A stretch of 28,211 nucleotides of DNA from Chthoniobacteraceae bacterium (GCA_040081625.1 JBEBGD010000072.1:1-28211), one strand, 5' to 3'. Counted from the first letter of the stretch, positions 14,403 through 23,667 are shown. The notes: generated from the sequence alone by a model not told the origin. Numbers and translations: made by a program.

Positions 14403-15085
14403 CAAGCACCGGCGCCTCGGCTACACGCCGCGCTGTGCCTTCTACCGAAAACAACTGGCCCGGCGTGACCGTGATCGATCATCCGCTCGTGCGGGTGAAG
14501 CTGACGCAAATTCGCAATGCCGCGACGCCGACCGGACAGTTCCGCGAACGGCTCGCGGAAGTCGCGACGCTGATGGTCAGCGAAGTCACGCGCGACCTCC
14601 GCACGCAGCCCTGCACGGTGCGCACGCCGCTGGCCGATCACGACGGGGCCGCGCTCGCGAGACCGCTCGTGATCGCGCCGATCCTGCGCGCCGGGCTCGG
14701 GATGCTCGAGGGGATGCTGCGGCTTCTGCCCGAGGCGTCGGTGGCGCACATCGGCCTCTGCCGGAATGAAGTCACGCACCGGCCCGAGAGCTACTACTTC
14801 AAGGTGCCGCCGAATCTCGCCGAGGCGGACGTGCTCGTGGTCGATCCGATGCTCGCGACGGGCTGGAGCGCCACGGCGGCGATCGATCAGCTCAAGCTGC
14901 ATGGCGCGAAGTGGGTGCGCTTCGTCTGTCTGGTGGGCTGCCCGGCGGGGATCACGCAACTCCGCGCCGGCCATCCCGACGTGCCGATCTACACGGCGGC
15001 GATCGACCCGACGCTCAACGACCGCGCCTACATCGTGCCCGGCCTCGGCGACGCGGGCGACCGCTACTTCGGCACCGCCGGCTGA
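14399..15085 (+). CDS. upp: Uracil phosphoribosyltransferase
   Basis: DHPLV, PILRAGLGM, VDPMLATG, YIVPGLGDAGDRYFGT. GTG 14399 overlaps the upstream TGA (alternative GTG 14435). Confidence 0.95.
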   Translation: MTSTGASATRRAVPSTENNWPGVTVIDHPLVRVKLTQIRNAATPTGQFRERLAEVATLMVSEVTRDLRTQPCTVRTPLADHDGAALARPLVIAPILRAGLGMLEGMLRLLPEASVAHIGLCRNEVTHRPESYYFKVPPNLAEADVLVVDPMLATGWSATAAIDQLKLHGAKWVRFVCLVGCPAGITQLRAGHPDVPIYTAAIDPTLNDRAYIVPGLGDAGDRYFGTAG

Positions 15086-15210
15086 AATCGGCGCGTCCGG
15101 CCCGGCTTCGGGTCACGCAGGCACAGCCAGGCTTCCGCAAAGGACTGAAAATTCCCCTTCCGCTTTATTGTATGGTATTTATACTCAGGTTAGTCGTTTT
15201 ACCGCTCGCA

Positions 15211-15480
15211 ATGAAATCGCTCCGCCTTCTCTCTGTCGCCGCCCTGGCTGTTTCCTTTCTCTGCTTCGAGGTTTCGGCTGACGACGAGACGTCCTGCGAC
15301 GTGCTCATCGAGCAGCGCGTCGGCGCCGAATCGGGACCCGCGATCGGCGCTCAGGACAGTCCCCTCGGCGGCGCCACAGCGTTCGAGTCGAAGAGGAATC
15401 TGAACGTTCTCTTCCCAATAATCGCGGTGCTCGTGACGGTGCTGGCCGGGCCGTTCGTGCGCCGGGCTTTCAAGACCTGA
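15211..15480 (+). CDS. Small exported protein (89 aa) with C-terminal TM anchor and basic tail
   Basis: MKSLRLLSVAALAVSFLCFEVSA signal-like N-terminus. C-terminus VLFPIIAVLVTVLAGPFVRRAFKT. Preceded by an AT-rich tract. Confidence 0.6.
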   Translation: MKSLRLLSVAALAVSFLCFEVSADDETSCDVLIEQRVGAESGPAIGAQDSPLGGATAFESKRNLNVLFPIIAVLVTVLAGPFVRRAFKT

Positions 15481-15483
15481 GCT

Positions 15484-17145
15484 TCACGCGCGATTCAGCG
15501 CGCTGAGCACGGCCTTGATCGAGGCGAGCTCGATGTTCGTGTCCGTCCCCGCGCCCCAGCGCACGGTGCCGTCGGCAAAACGAAGCTGGATGTAGGAGAT
15601 CGCGCTCGCCTCGGTGCCGGCGGTCAGCGCGTGCTGCTTGAAGTTCGCGACCTCAAACCGCGCGACGCCGTGCTGGTGCAGCGCGTGGACGAACGCCGCA
15701 ATCGGGCCATTGCCCTCGCCGGTCAGCTTCACCTCGGTGCCGGAGCGGCGGGCGGAGGCGCGGCAGTCGAAGACGCCATCGACGCCGTCGGCGTGAAAGT
15801 GAACCAGCTCCCACGGCTCGATGCGCTCGACGTATTCGCGCCAAAACATCGCCTTCAGTTCCGCTGCGGTCACCTCGCGGCCGAGTGCATCCACGGCGTC
15901 GTTCGCGATCGGGCCAAACTCGCGCTGCATATCCTTCGGCAGCTCGATCCCAAACTCGCTCTCGAGCAGATACGCCACACCGCCTTTCCCGCTCTGGCTG
16001 TTCACGCGGATCACCTCGCGATACTCGCGCCCGATGTCGCTCGGATCGATCGCCAGATACGGCACGTCCCAATTCTCCCGCCCGCCGCGTTCCCACTCGG
16101 CGAGCCCTTTCTTGATCGCGTCCTGATGCGACCCGCTGAACGCCGTGAACACCAACTCACCCGCGTAAGGCTGCCGCGGCGGCACCGTCATCCCGGTGCA
16201 GCGCTCGTAGATTTCCAGCAGCTCGTTCATCCGGCTGAAGTCCAGCCGCGGGTCGATGCCGTGCATGTAGAAATTCATCGCCACGATGACGATATCGAGA
16301 TTGCCCGTGCGCTCGCCGTTGCCGAAGAGCGTGCCCTCGACTCGATCCGCCCCGGCCATCAAGCCCAGCTCCGTCGCCGCCACGCCCGTGCCGCGATCGT
16401 TGTGCGTGTGCAGGCTCACGATCAGCGACTCGCGGTTGCGGATCTTCCGGCACATCCACTCGATCTGGTCCGCATACACATTCGGCATCGCGACCTCGAC
16501 GGTGTCCGGCAGATTCAGGATCATCTTCCGCTGCGGCGTCGGCTGCCACACGTCCATCACCGCCTCGGAGATCTCCTTCGCAAACTCCACCTCCGTCGCG
16601 CTGAAGCTCTCGGGCGAGTATTGCAGCATCACCTCCGTCCCGCCGGCTTCGAGCCGCGGGATGCGATCCTTGATCCACTGCGCGCCGCGCACGGCCACGT
16701 TCACGATCTCCTCCTTGCTCAGGCCGAAGACCACGCGCCGCTGCGCCGGCGACGTCGAATTGTAGAGATGGATGATGACGCGCCGCGCGCCGACCAGCGA
16801 CTCGATGGTCCGCTCGATCAGCTCCTCGCGCGCCTGCACGAGCACCTGGATCGTCACGTCGTCCGGGATGTGCCCGTTCTCGATCAGCAGCCGGTTGAAA
16901 CGAAACTCCGTGTTCGACGCCGACGGAAACCCAACCTCGATCTCCTTGAAGCCGCAGCGCACCAGCGCCTCGAACAGCTCGAGCTTTTGCGAGACGTTCA
17001 TCGGCACGGCGAGCGCCTGGTTGCCATCGCGCAGATCGACCGAGCACCAAGTCGGCGCCTGCGTCAGCGTGCGCGCGGGCCAGCGCCGGTCGGGCAGATC
17101 GATCGGCGGAAAGGGACGATATTTTTGTGAAGAATTCGCGAACAT
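15484..17145 (-). CDS. leuA: 2-isopropylmalate synthase (yeast/actinobacterial-type LeuA)
   Basis: WCSVDLRDGNQAL, EIEVGFPS, YSPESF, SLHTHNDRG, GNGERTGN, AFSGSHQDAIKKG, IRVNSQSGKGG, C-terminal regulatory domain (GNGPI). Start trimmed to ATG 17145. Confidence 0.96.
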   Translation of the reverse strand: MFANSSQKYRPFPPIDLPDRRWPARTLTQAPTWCSVDLRDGNQALAVPMNVSQKLELFEALVRCGFKEIEVGFPSASNTEFRFNRLLIENGHIPDDVTIQVLVQAREELIERTIESLVGARRVIIHLYNSTSPAQRRVVFGLSKEEIVNVAVRGAQWIKDRIPRLEAGGTEVMLQYSPESFSATEVEFAKEISEAVMDVWQPTPQRKMILNLPDTVEVAMPNVYADQIEWMCRKIRNRESLIVSLHTHNDRGTGVAATELGLMAGADRVEGTLFGNGERTGNLDIVIVAMNFYMHGIDPRLDFSRMNELLEIYERCTGMTVPPRQPYAGELVFTAFSGSHQDAIKKGLAEWERGGRENWDVPYLAIDPSDIGREYREVIRVNSQSGKGGVAYLLESEFGIELPKDMQREFGPIANDAVDALGREVTAAELKAMFWREYVERIEPWELVHFHADGVDGVFDCRASARRSGTEVKLTGEGNGPIAAFVHALHQHGVARFEVANFKQHALTAGTEASAISYIQLRFADGTVRWGAGTDTNIELASIKAVLSALNRA

Positions 17146-17172
17146 GGAATGAGTGACGTTGCGGGCGGAGAC

Positions 17173-17225
17173 AAAACAAGAAAAGCCAGCCATCGCCATC
17201 CACCCAGTCCAAAGCGACGCCAGCG
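17173..17225 (-). terminator. Putative attenuator terminator upstream of leuA
   Basis: Minus strand GCUGGCGUCGCU...GGCGAUGGCUGGC (G-U-rich stem) followed by UUUUCUUGUUUU. Confidence 0.5.
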
Positions 17226-17255
17226 CGATTACACGCAGAGCCCCTCGCAGCGCAG

Positions 17256-17306
17256 TCAGGCGCGGGCGAGGAGCGGTGTAAGTCGGCTGGTCAGCAGCAA
17301 GTTCAC
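17256..17306 (-). CDS. Leucine-rich attenuator leader peptide of leuA (16 aa)
   Basis: GTG AAC TTG CTG CTG ACC AGC CGA CTT ACA CCG CTC CTC GCC CGC GCC TGA = MNLLLTSRLTPLLARA, 6 of 16 Leu, 110 nt upstream of leuA. Confidence 0.75.
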   Translation of the reverse strand: MNLLLTSRLTPLLARA

Positions 17307-17346
17307 GCGCGCAAAAGAGCAGACACCCGCCGCTCCGCAACGCCCG

Positions 17347-17386
17347 AAAACAAAAGCGCCGCGCCCGAACGAGTCGGACGCGGCGC
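17347..17386 (-). terminator. Rho-independent terminator of the EF-hand gene
   Basis: Minus strand GCGCCGCGTCCGA-CTCGT-TCGGGCGCGGCGC followed by TTTTGTTTT. Confidence 0.85.
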
Positions 17387-17422
17387 GGGATTGACTGCTC
17401 AGCGAGCAGTGCGGCGAAGGAA

Positions 17423-17713
17423 CTACTTGTTCTTCTTGCCGCCGGTCGCCTTGAACTCTTCGAGGCTCAGCTTGCCGTCGTTGTCCTTGTCCTTCTTCTT
17501 GAAGGACTCCTCGGACTTGGCGGCGTCCTTCGAGCCGGCCTTGAACTCTTCGAGGCTGACGGATTTGTCGCCGTTCGCGTCTTTCTTCGCGAACATCTTC
17601 TCCGGATCAGCCTTGGGCTTGTCCGCGCCGGCTGCCGGCTTCTTGGGTTCGGCCGCGAGCGAGAAGCTGGTGGCCACCGCGAGAGCGGCGAGGGAGGTAA
17701 TGAGAGACTTCAT
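17423..17713 (-). CDS. Small secreted EF-hand calcium-binding protein
   Basis: Signal peptide, two EF-hand loops DANGDKSVSLEEF and DKDNDGKLSLEEF, Lys-rich. Confidence 0.9.
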   Translation of the reverse strand: MKSLITSLAALAVATSFSLAAEPKKPAAGADKPKADPEKMFAKKDANGDKSVSLEEFKAGSKDAAKSEESFKKKDKDNDGKLSLEEFKATGGKKNK

Positions 17714-17943
17714 GTGGATACTGATGTGTTTGTTTATGGTTTCGTTTGTTTGCTAACGCGACACCTCGCTGCCGTGAGGCGGTGGGGAATCGCATGTCGC
17801 ATTTGACTCAGGCTTATCGCACCGATTCAAGCTTTCAGCCCTACCGGCTTGGGTGGGTGTGAAATTCCGGGGAAGTTTGCCGGATTCAGCCCCGGACGTT
17901 GATTTAGCCCAAGGCGACCCGACATTGTCGCGTTCACTCCCTC

Positions 17944-20538
17944 ATGCGCCCCGCCCTCCTCCTCCCGCTGCTGTCCGTCGTCGCCCAAGCCGCGACGCTG
18001 CCGCCGCCGGCTGGGCGCGAAGTCGATTTCGTGAAGGACCTCCAGCCGCTCTTCGAGGCCGCGTGCGTGAAGTGCCACGCAAAGGGCAAGGCCAAGAGCG
18101 GCTTCTCGATCGAGACCCGCGAGTCATTTCTCAAGGGCGGCGACATGGAGGCCGGCGCGATCGTCGGCAACAGCTCGGAGAGCAGCATCGTGAAGCTCGT
18201 CGCTTCCACCGACTCCGACGAAGTGATGCCGAAGAAAGGATCGCGCTGGACCGCCGAGCAGATCGGTCTGCTGCGCGCGTGGATCGACCAGGGTGCGAAA
18301 TGGCCCGCCAGCGTCACGTTCTCCAAGCCCGAGCCCTTCAACCTCACGCCACGCGCCGTCGCCGCCAAGACGCTCGATGCGCTCGTGGAAAAATACGCCG
18401 CCGCTCGCGGAGTCACGCTGCCGCCACAGGTGAACGACCGCGCCTTCGCCCGCCGCGCGTATCTCGACATCGTCGGCCTGCTGCCGACGCCCGATCAGCT
18501 CGACGCCTTCCTCGCCGCGCCCGACCGCGCGCAACTCGTCCGCACGCTCCTCGCCGACAAACGCAACTACACCGAGCATTGGCTCACGTTCTGGAACGAT
18601 CTTCTCCGGAACGATTACAAGGGCACCGGCTTCATCGACGGCGGCCGCCGGCAGATCACCGGCTGGATTTACCAGTCGCTCTTTGAAAACAAGCGCTACG
18701 ACCAATTCGTCGCCGAGCTGATCGCGCCGCGCGACGAGACGAGCGAGCCGTTCACGCGCGGCATCATCTGGCGCGGCGTCGTGAACGCCTCGATGCTCCA
18801 GCCCATGCAGGCCGCGCAGAGCATCTCGCAGGTCTTCATGGGCGTGAACCTCAAGTGCGCGAGCTGCCACGACAGCTTCGTCAACGACTGGTCGCTCTCC
18901 GACGCGTATGGCGTCGCCGCGATCTACAGCGACGAGCCGCTCGAGCTCGTCCACTGCGACAAACCCACCGGCAAAACCGCCGCGCCCCGCTCGCTCTATC
19001 CGCAACTCGGCGCGCTCGACCCGCAGCTCGCGCGGCCCGCGCGCATGGCGCGCTTCGCCGAGCTGATGACCGGCCCGCAAAACGGCCGCCTCTCCCGCAC
19101 GATCGTCAACCGCCTGTGGGCAAAGCTCCTCGGTCGCGGCCTGGTCGAGCCGCTCGACGACATGGATCAGCGCGCGTGGTCGCCGGAGATCATCGACTTC
19201 CTCGCCGAGGACCTCGTCGCGCACGGCTACGACTTGAAGCACACGATCGCGCAGATCATCACCTCGCGCGCCTACCAGCTCCCATCGGTCGAAGGCCCCG
19301 CCGATGAGAAGCAGGACTTCGTCTTCCGCGGACCGATCACGCGCCGGCTGACCGCCGAGCAGTTCACCGACGCGATCGCTTCGCTCACCGGCGACTGGCC
19401 GCGGATGCCCGCGACGCTCGACATCGACTTCGCCGCGTGCGGCATCGTGCCCGCGCCAAAGCTGCCGCGCTGGATCTGGACGCCCGAGCCGAACGAAGTC
19501 GGCGAACTGCGCCGCGCCGAAGCTGCCGCGATCAAGGTGCTCGCGACGCCCGCGGCTCCGCCGAAGAAGGACAAGAAACCCGAGGGCAATCCCGCCGATC
19601 AGCTCAAGCACAAGGTCGTCTTCCGAAAAGTCGTGAAGCTGCCCGACGCGCCGACCGACGCGCAGGCCGTGCTGCTCGCGAGCCAGGGCGCATTCGTCAC
19701 CATCAACGGCACGCGCCCGAAGACGACCGTGGCCGATCAAAGCCGCTCAAGCCGCGTCGCGCTGATGGACATCACGAAGCTGCTGCGCGCGGGCGAAAAC
19801 GTGATCGTCATCGAAGCGCAGAGCCACACCGACAAAGGCGCGCTCAACGAGGAGGAGAAGAAGCTGTATCCGAACTCGCTCATCCATCTCAACGCCGTGC
19901 CCGGCGTCGCTTTCTACGCGCGTCTCACGATCTGCTGCGACACGACCGAGATCACCACCGACGAGACGTGGCGCACACGCCGCGAACCCGCCGGAGGCAC
20001 CGCCGCGGCGGCGTTCGACGACTCCGCGTGGACTACCGCACAGCCGCTGCCCGAGGGCGTCGCGCCGGTCGATGAAGGCCCGACGCTCGAACCGATCCGC
20101 CGCAAGGATTACGCGAACGAGAAGATCGAACTCGGCCCGCGACTGAGAGTCGCGGTCGGCGCCGCGTGCTTCCCCGGCAAGGCGCGCAGTTCGCTGCGCC
20201 CCGCCGATCCGCTCGCCGTCGCGCTCGACCGCCCGAACCGCGAGCAAGTGGTCACCGCCCGACTCGCCGCCGCGACGACGCTGCAATCGCTCGAACTCAC
20301 AAACGGCGAGACGCTCGACGCGAAGCTCGCCTACGCCGCGAAGCGGCTCACCGACGAAGCCGCAGAGGATCCGCGCGAGTGGCTCGACCGCACCTACACG
20401 CACCTGCTCGCACGCACGCCGACGGACCCCGAGCGATCCGCAGCGCTCGATTTCATCGGCTCGACCCCAACCCCGGAAAACCTCGCCGACCTGCTCTGGT
20501 CGCTGGCGATGCTCCCCGAATTCCAACTCATCAACTGA
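17944..20538 (+). CDS. Planctomycete cytochrome c (PSCyt1) + DUF1549 + DUF1553 (PSD1) protein with inserted beta-sandwich domain
   Basis: VDFVKDLQPLFEAACVKCH...MP...LLRAWIDQGA, RRAYLDIVGLLPT, MGVNLKCASCHD, VNRLWAKLLGRGLVEPLDD, SRAYQ, RRLTAEQ, PEFQLIN. Confidence 0.92.
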   Translation: MRPALLLPLLSVVAQAATLPPPAGREVDFVKDLQPLFEAACVKCHAKGKAKSGFSIETRESFLKGGDMEAGAIVGNSSESSIVKLVASTDSDEVMPKKGSRWTAEQIGLLRAWIDQGAKWPASVTFSKPEPFNLTPRAVAAKTLDALVEKYAAARGVTLPPQVNDRAFARRAYLDIVGLLPTPDQLDAFLAAPDRAQLVRTLLADKRNYTEHWLTFWNDLLRNDYKGTGFIDGGRRQITGWIYQSLFENKRYDQFVAELIAPRDETSEPFTRGIIWRGVVNASMLQPMQAAQSISQVFMGVNLKCASCHDSFVNDWSLSDAYGVAAIYSDEPLELVHCDKPTGKTAAPRSLYPQLGALDPQLARPARMARFAELMTGPQNGRLSRTIVNRLWAKLLGRGLVEPLDDMDQRAWSPEIIDFLAEDLVAHGYDLKHTIAQIITSRAYQLPSVEGPADEKQDFVFRGPITRRLTAEQFTDAIASLTGDWPRMPATLDIDFAACGIVPAPKLPRWIWTPEPNEVGELRRAEAAAIKVLATPAAPPKKDKKPEGNPADQLKHKVVFRKVVKLPDAPTDAQAVLLASQGAFVTINGTRPKTTVADQSRSSRVALMDITKLLRAGENVIVIEAQSHTDKGALNEEEKKLYPNSLIHLNAVPGVAFYARLTICCDTTEITTDETWRTRREPAGGTAAAAFDDSAWTTAQPLPEGVAPVDEGPTLEPIRRKDYANEKIELGPRLRVAVGAACFPGKARSSLRPADPLAVALDRPNREQVVTARLAAATTLQSLELTNGETLDAKLAYAAKRLTDEAAEDPREWLDRTYTHLLARTPTDPERSAALDFIGSTPTPENLADLLWSLAMLPEFQLIN

Positions 20539-20552
20539 TGAACCACGTATCA

Positions 20553-20736
20553 GTCGCGAAGCGACGTCCCGAACATAGCCGTGGGCGTCAGCCCACGGAC
20601 CCAAGGCGGACGGCGTCACGTCGCGTAGCGACGGCTGAGGCGAGTCGTTCATCCGTCGCTCCGCGACGCGCGCCCAATATGCGCGAAGACCGTGGGCTGA
20701 AGCCCACGGCTACGATCAATTGCTCGCTACGTGAGC
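20553..20736. repeat. REP/REPIN-like nested inverted-repeat element
   Basis: TAGCCGTGGGCGTCAGCCCACGG (20576-20598) is inverted to CCGTGGGCTGAAGCCCACGGCTA (20690-20712). Inner pair 20619-20638/20649-20668. Outer GTCGC-nnn-GCGAC-type units at 20553-20565 and 20722-20736. Confidence 0.85.
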
Positions 20737-20746
20737 GGACCTCTCG

Positions 20747-22219
20747 ATGACCACACGCCGCGACTTCCTCCGCACCGCCTCCGCCACCACGCTCGCCACT
20801 CTCGCGTGCGGCGCACCACGCGTCCTCGGCGCGGAGAAGATCGCGCCGACTGCGGACACGCTCATCGTGCTGTGGATGGGCGGCGGCATGGCGCACACCG
20901 AGACGTTCGATCCGAAGCGCTACGCACCCTTCGAGTCGGGCATGGACCCGAACACCGTGCTCTCGACTTTCCCCGCGATCGACACGGCGGTGGATCACAT
21001 CAAGTTCTCCGCCGGGCTCGAAAAAATGGCGGCGGTGATGGATCGCGGAACGCTCATCCGCAGTTACACGGCGGGCGATCTCGGTTTCATCCTGCACTCG
21101 CGGCATCAATTTCAATGGCACACCGGCTACGCGCCGCCGCAAAGCGTCCACTGCCCGCACCTCGGCGCATTCATCTCGCGCACGCTCGGCCCGAAGGAGC
21201 CCGCCGTGCCTGCATTCATCAACATCGGCCAGCGCTTCGATCTCGGCGAAGGCGAGGAACTCAAGTCCTTCACGACCTCCGGTTTCCTCGGCAGCGAATA
21301 CGGGCCGTTCAACATCCCGTATCCGCAGGACGCGACCGCCGCGGTGCGTCCGCCGCCGGGCATGACGCCCGGGCGCTTCGAGGACCGGAACAAATTCTAC
21401 AAGCGGATGCTCGCGGCATCGCCCGTCGGGCAGGTCGGCAGCGCCTACCAGCGCGAGAGTTTCCTCCGCGCGATGGACAACGCGCACCGGCTGCTCAGCT
21501 CGCCTGCGGCAAAGGCCTTCGACCTCTCGCTCGAGCCGAAGGAGAACGTCGCGAAGTATCTGCCGCCCGGTGTCGATCCGACGAAGTTCAACGACGTGAA
21601 GCAGGAGCGCGATGGCAGCTACGAGAAATCTGTCGTGGGCCGCTTCGGCATGGGCTGTCTGCTCGCGCGGCGGCTGTGCGAAGTCGGCGCGCGCTACATC
21701 GAGGTCACGACTGAATACATCCCGTTCCTGAATTGGGACACGCACGAGAACGGTCACGAACGACTCGTCGCGATGAAGGAAGCGATCGACGCGCCGATCG
21801 CCCAGCTCATCCGCGACCTCGAGGAGCGCGGCCTGCTCGACCGCACACTCATCGTGCTCGCGAGCGAGTTCAGCCGCGACATGATGATCGAGGGCAAGCC
21901 CGACAAAAAAGTGCGCGACCAGGTGAAGGTGCCCGAGCGCATCGCCGACGAGAAGTATTACGGAATGCACCGTCACTTCACCGACGCCGGCAGCGTGCTG
22001 CTGTGGGGCGGCGGCATGAAGCGCGGCCATCTCCACGGCCTCACCGCCGACGAGCGCCCGTGCAAGACGATCAAGGACCGCGTCGTCATCGAGGATCTCC
22101 ACGCCACGATCTACCGCGCGATGGGCATCTCGCCGAAGCATTCCTACATCGTCGAGGAGCGCCCCTTTTACGTGACTAGGGACGGACTCGGAAAGCCGAT
22201 CGAAAGCTTGTTTGCGTGA
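20747..22219 (+). CDS. DUF1501 domain-containing Tat-exported protein
   Basis: TRRDFL Tat signal, LWMGGGMAHTETFDPK, GRFGMGCLLARRLCEVGARYIEV, WDTH, LEERGLLDRTLIVLASEFSR, DLHATIY. Confidence 0.93.
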   Translation: MTTRRDFLRTASATTLATLACGAPRVLGAEKIAPTADTLIVLWMGGGMAHTETFDPKRYAPFESGMDPNTVLSTFPAIDTAVDHIKFSAGLEKMAAVMDRGTLIRSYTAGDLGFILHSRHQFQWHTGYAPPQSVHCPHLGAFISRTLGPKEPAVPAFINIGQRFDLGEGEELKSFTTSGFLGSEYGPFNIPYPQDATAAVRPPPGMTPGRFEDRNKFYKRMLAASPVGQVGSAYQRESFLRAMDNAHRLLSSPAAKAFDLSLEPKENVAKYLPPGVDPTKFNDVKQERDGSYEKSVVGRFGMGCLLARRLCEVGARYIEVTTEYIPFLNWDTHENGHERLVAMKEAIDAPIAQLIRDLEERGLLDRTLIVLASEFSRDMMIEGKPDKKVRDQVKVPERIADEKYYGMHRHFTDAGSVLLWGGGMKRGHLHGLTADERPCKTIKDRVVIEDLHATIYRAMGISPKHSYIVEERPFYVTRDGLGKPIESLFA

Positions 22220-22244
22220 CTGGCGCCTGATCATCGTCCGCCGC

Positions 22245-23666
22245 ATGAAACGACTAGTTCTCCCCCTCCTGCTCGCGTTCGCGCTCGTCGCATCTGCGGA
22301 AGACTGGCCCGGGTTTCGCGGACGCAATGGCAGCGGCATCTCGAGCGGCAAGCCCGTGCCGGCGGCGTTTTCGTTCGAGAACAACGTGCTGTGGCGGACG
22401 AAGCTCGGCGACGGCGTTGGCGCGCCGATCATCGTGAACGGCCGCGTCTTCTCGACGGCCATGACCGACGAACAGACGTTCGCGGTGTTCTGCCACGACG
22501 CGGCGAAAGGCACGCTGCTCTGGAAGCAGGATCTCCCCGCCGGCGTGCTGCCGAGAATCACGCCGCCGAACAGCCACGCGTCCTCCACTCCCGTCGCGGA
22601 TGCCGAGCGCGTGTATGTCTATTTCAGCACGCTCGGCTTGATCGCGCTCGACGCGTCCACCGGCCGCGAAGCCTGGCGGCATCAGCTTCCGAAGCCCGCG
22701 TATCTCATGGACTGGGGCGCGGCGTATTCGCCCATCGTGCATGAAGGGCTCGTCTATCTCTGCCAGGACGACGACTTGAACCCGTATGTGATCGCCGTCG
22801 ATGCGAAGACCGGCAAGCAGCGCTGGAAAACTCCGCGACCCGACATGCTCGCGGGCTACGCGCTGCCGCTGATTTGCGAAGCCGGCGGTCGCACCGATCT
22901 CGTCATCGCGGGCACGGGGAAGATGAAGGGCTACGATCCGGCGACGGGTGTGGAGCGGTGGACGTGCAATACGCTGGTCCGCACGATCATGGTCTCGCCG
23001 GTCGTGAATGACGGCGTCATCTACATCGCCGTGCAGAGCTACGGCGATCCGACGCGCACGCTGAAGCACGCGCTCCTCGAATGGCTCGACACCAACCAGG
23101 ACGGCAAGCTCGCCCGCGCCGAGGCGCCGAAGGAATTCCACGAGCGCTTCGACCTCTCGGACAAAAACAAAAACGCGATCATCGATCCCGAGGAGATCGA
23201 CACCGCCTTCCAGCATCCCGACAACATGGTCGGCGGAGGCAACATCATCCAGGCAATCCGCGGCGGCGGCAGCGGCGACGTGACGAAGACGCACTTGTTG
23301 TGGAGCATCGATCCGAAGAGCCCATCGAACCTTTCCTCGCCGTTGTTTTACAACCAGCGGCTCTACCTCGTGAAGAGCGGCGGGCTGTCCAGTTGCTACG
23401 ATGCGAAGGACGGCAGGATGCTGTGGGAGCGCGTGCGGCTCGGAAATTTCGGCGACTACTTCGCCTCGCCGATCGCCGCGGACGGGAAGGTTTTCATCGC
23501 GGGGCGCAACGGCTTCATCGTCGTCCTCCAGGACGGACCGGAGCTGAAAATCATCGGCAAAAACGACATGGGCGAGGAGATCATCGCCACGCCGTCGATC
23601 GCCGACGGGCGGCTTTTTGTCCGCACGCGCGAAAGCCTGATCTGCGTGTCCGCCGAGGCCAAATGA
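22245..23666 (+). CDS. PQQ-binding-like (BamB-like) beta-propeller protein with EF-hand insertion
   Basis: Signal peptide then EDWPGFRGRNGSG, NVLWRT, NSHASSTPVAD, SPI/SPV repeats, ATPSIADGRLFVRT. EF-hand-like loops DTNQDGKLARAE and DKNKNAIIDPEE. Confidence 0.9.
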   Translation: MKRLVLPLLLAFALVASAEDWPGFRGRNGSGISSGKPVPAAFSFENNVLWRTKLGDGVGAPIIVNGRVFSTAMTDEQTFAVFCHDAAKGTLLWKQDLPAGVLPRITPPNSHASSTPVADAERVYVYFSTLGLIALDASTGREAWRHQLPKPAYLMDWGAAYSPIVHEGLVYLCQDDDLNPYVIAVDAKTGKQRWKTPRPDMLAGYALPLICEAGGRTDLVIAGTGKMKGYDPATGVERWTCNTLVRTIMVSPVVNDGVIYIAVQSYGDPTRTLKHALLEWLDTNQDGKLARAEAPKEFHERFDLSDKNKNAIIDPEEIDTAFQHPDNMVGGGNIIQAIRGGGSGDVTKTHLLWSIDPKSPSNLSSPLFYNQRLYLVKSGGLSSCYDAKDGRMLWERVRLGNFGDYFASPIAADGKVFIAGRNGFIVVLQDGPELKIIGKNDMGEEIIATPSIADGRLFVRTRESLICVSAEAK

Positions 23667-23667
23667 C

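Noticed and set aside
17146..17340. 65-aa N-terminal extension of leuA
   Set aside because: Region is better explained as leader peptide plus attenuator; LeuA similarity begins at ATG 17145
17755..17890. Weak inverted repeats and a possible ECF promoter between the EF-hand and cytochrome genes
   Set aside because: Short, heavily bulged matches not distinguishable from chance at this GC content
20553..20736. CRISPR array
   Set aside because: Repeats are inverted and nested, not direct repeats with unique spacers; no cas genes
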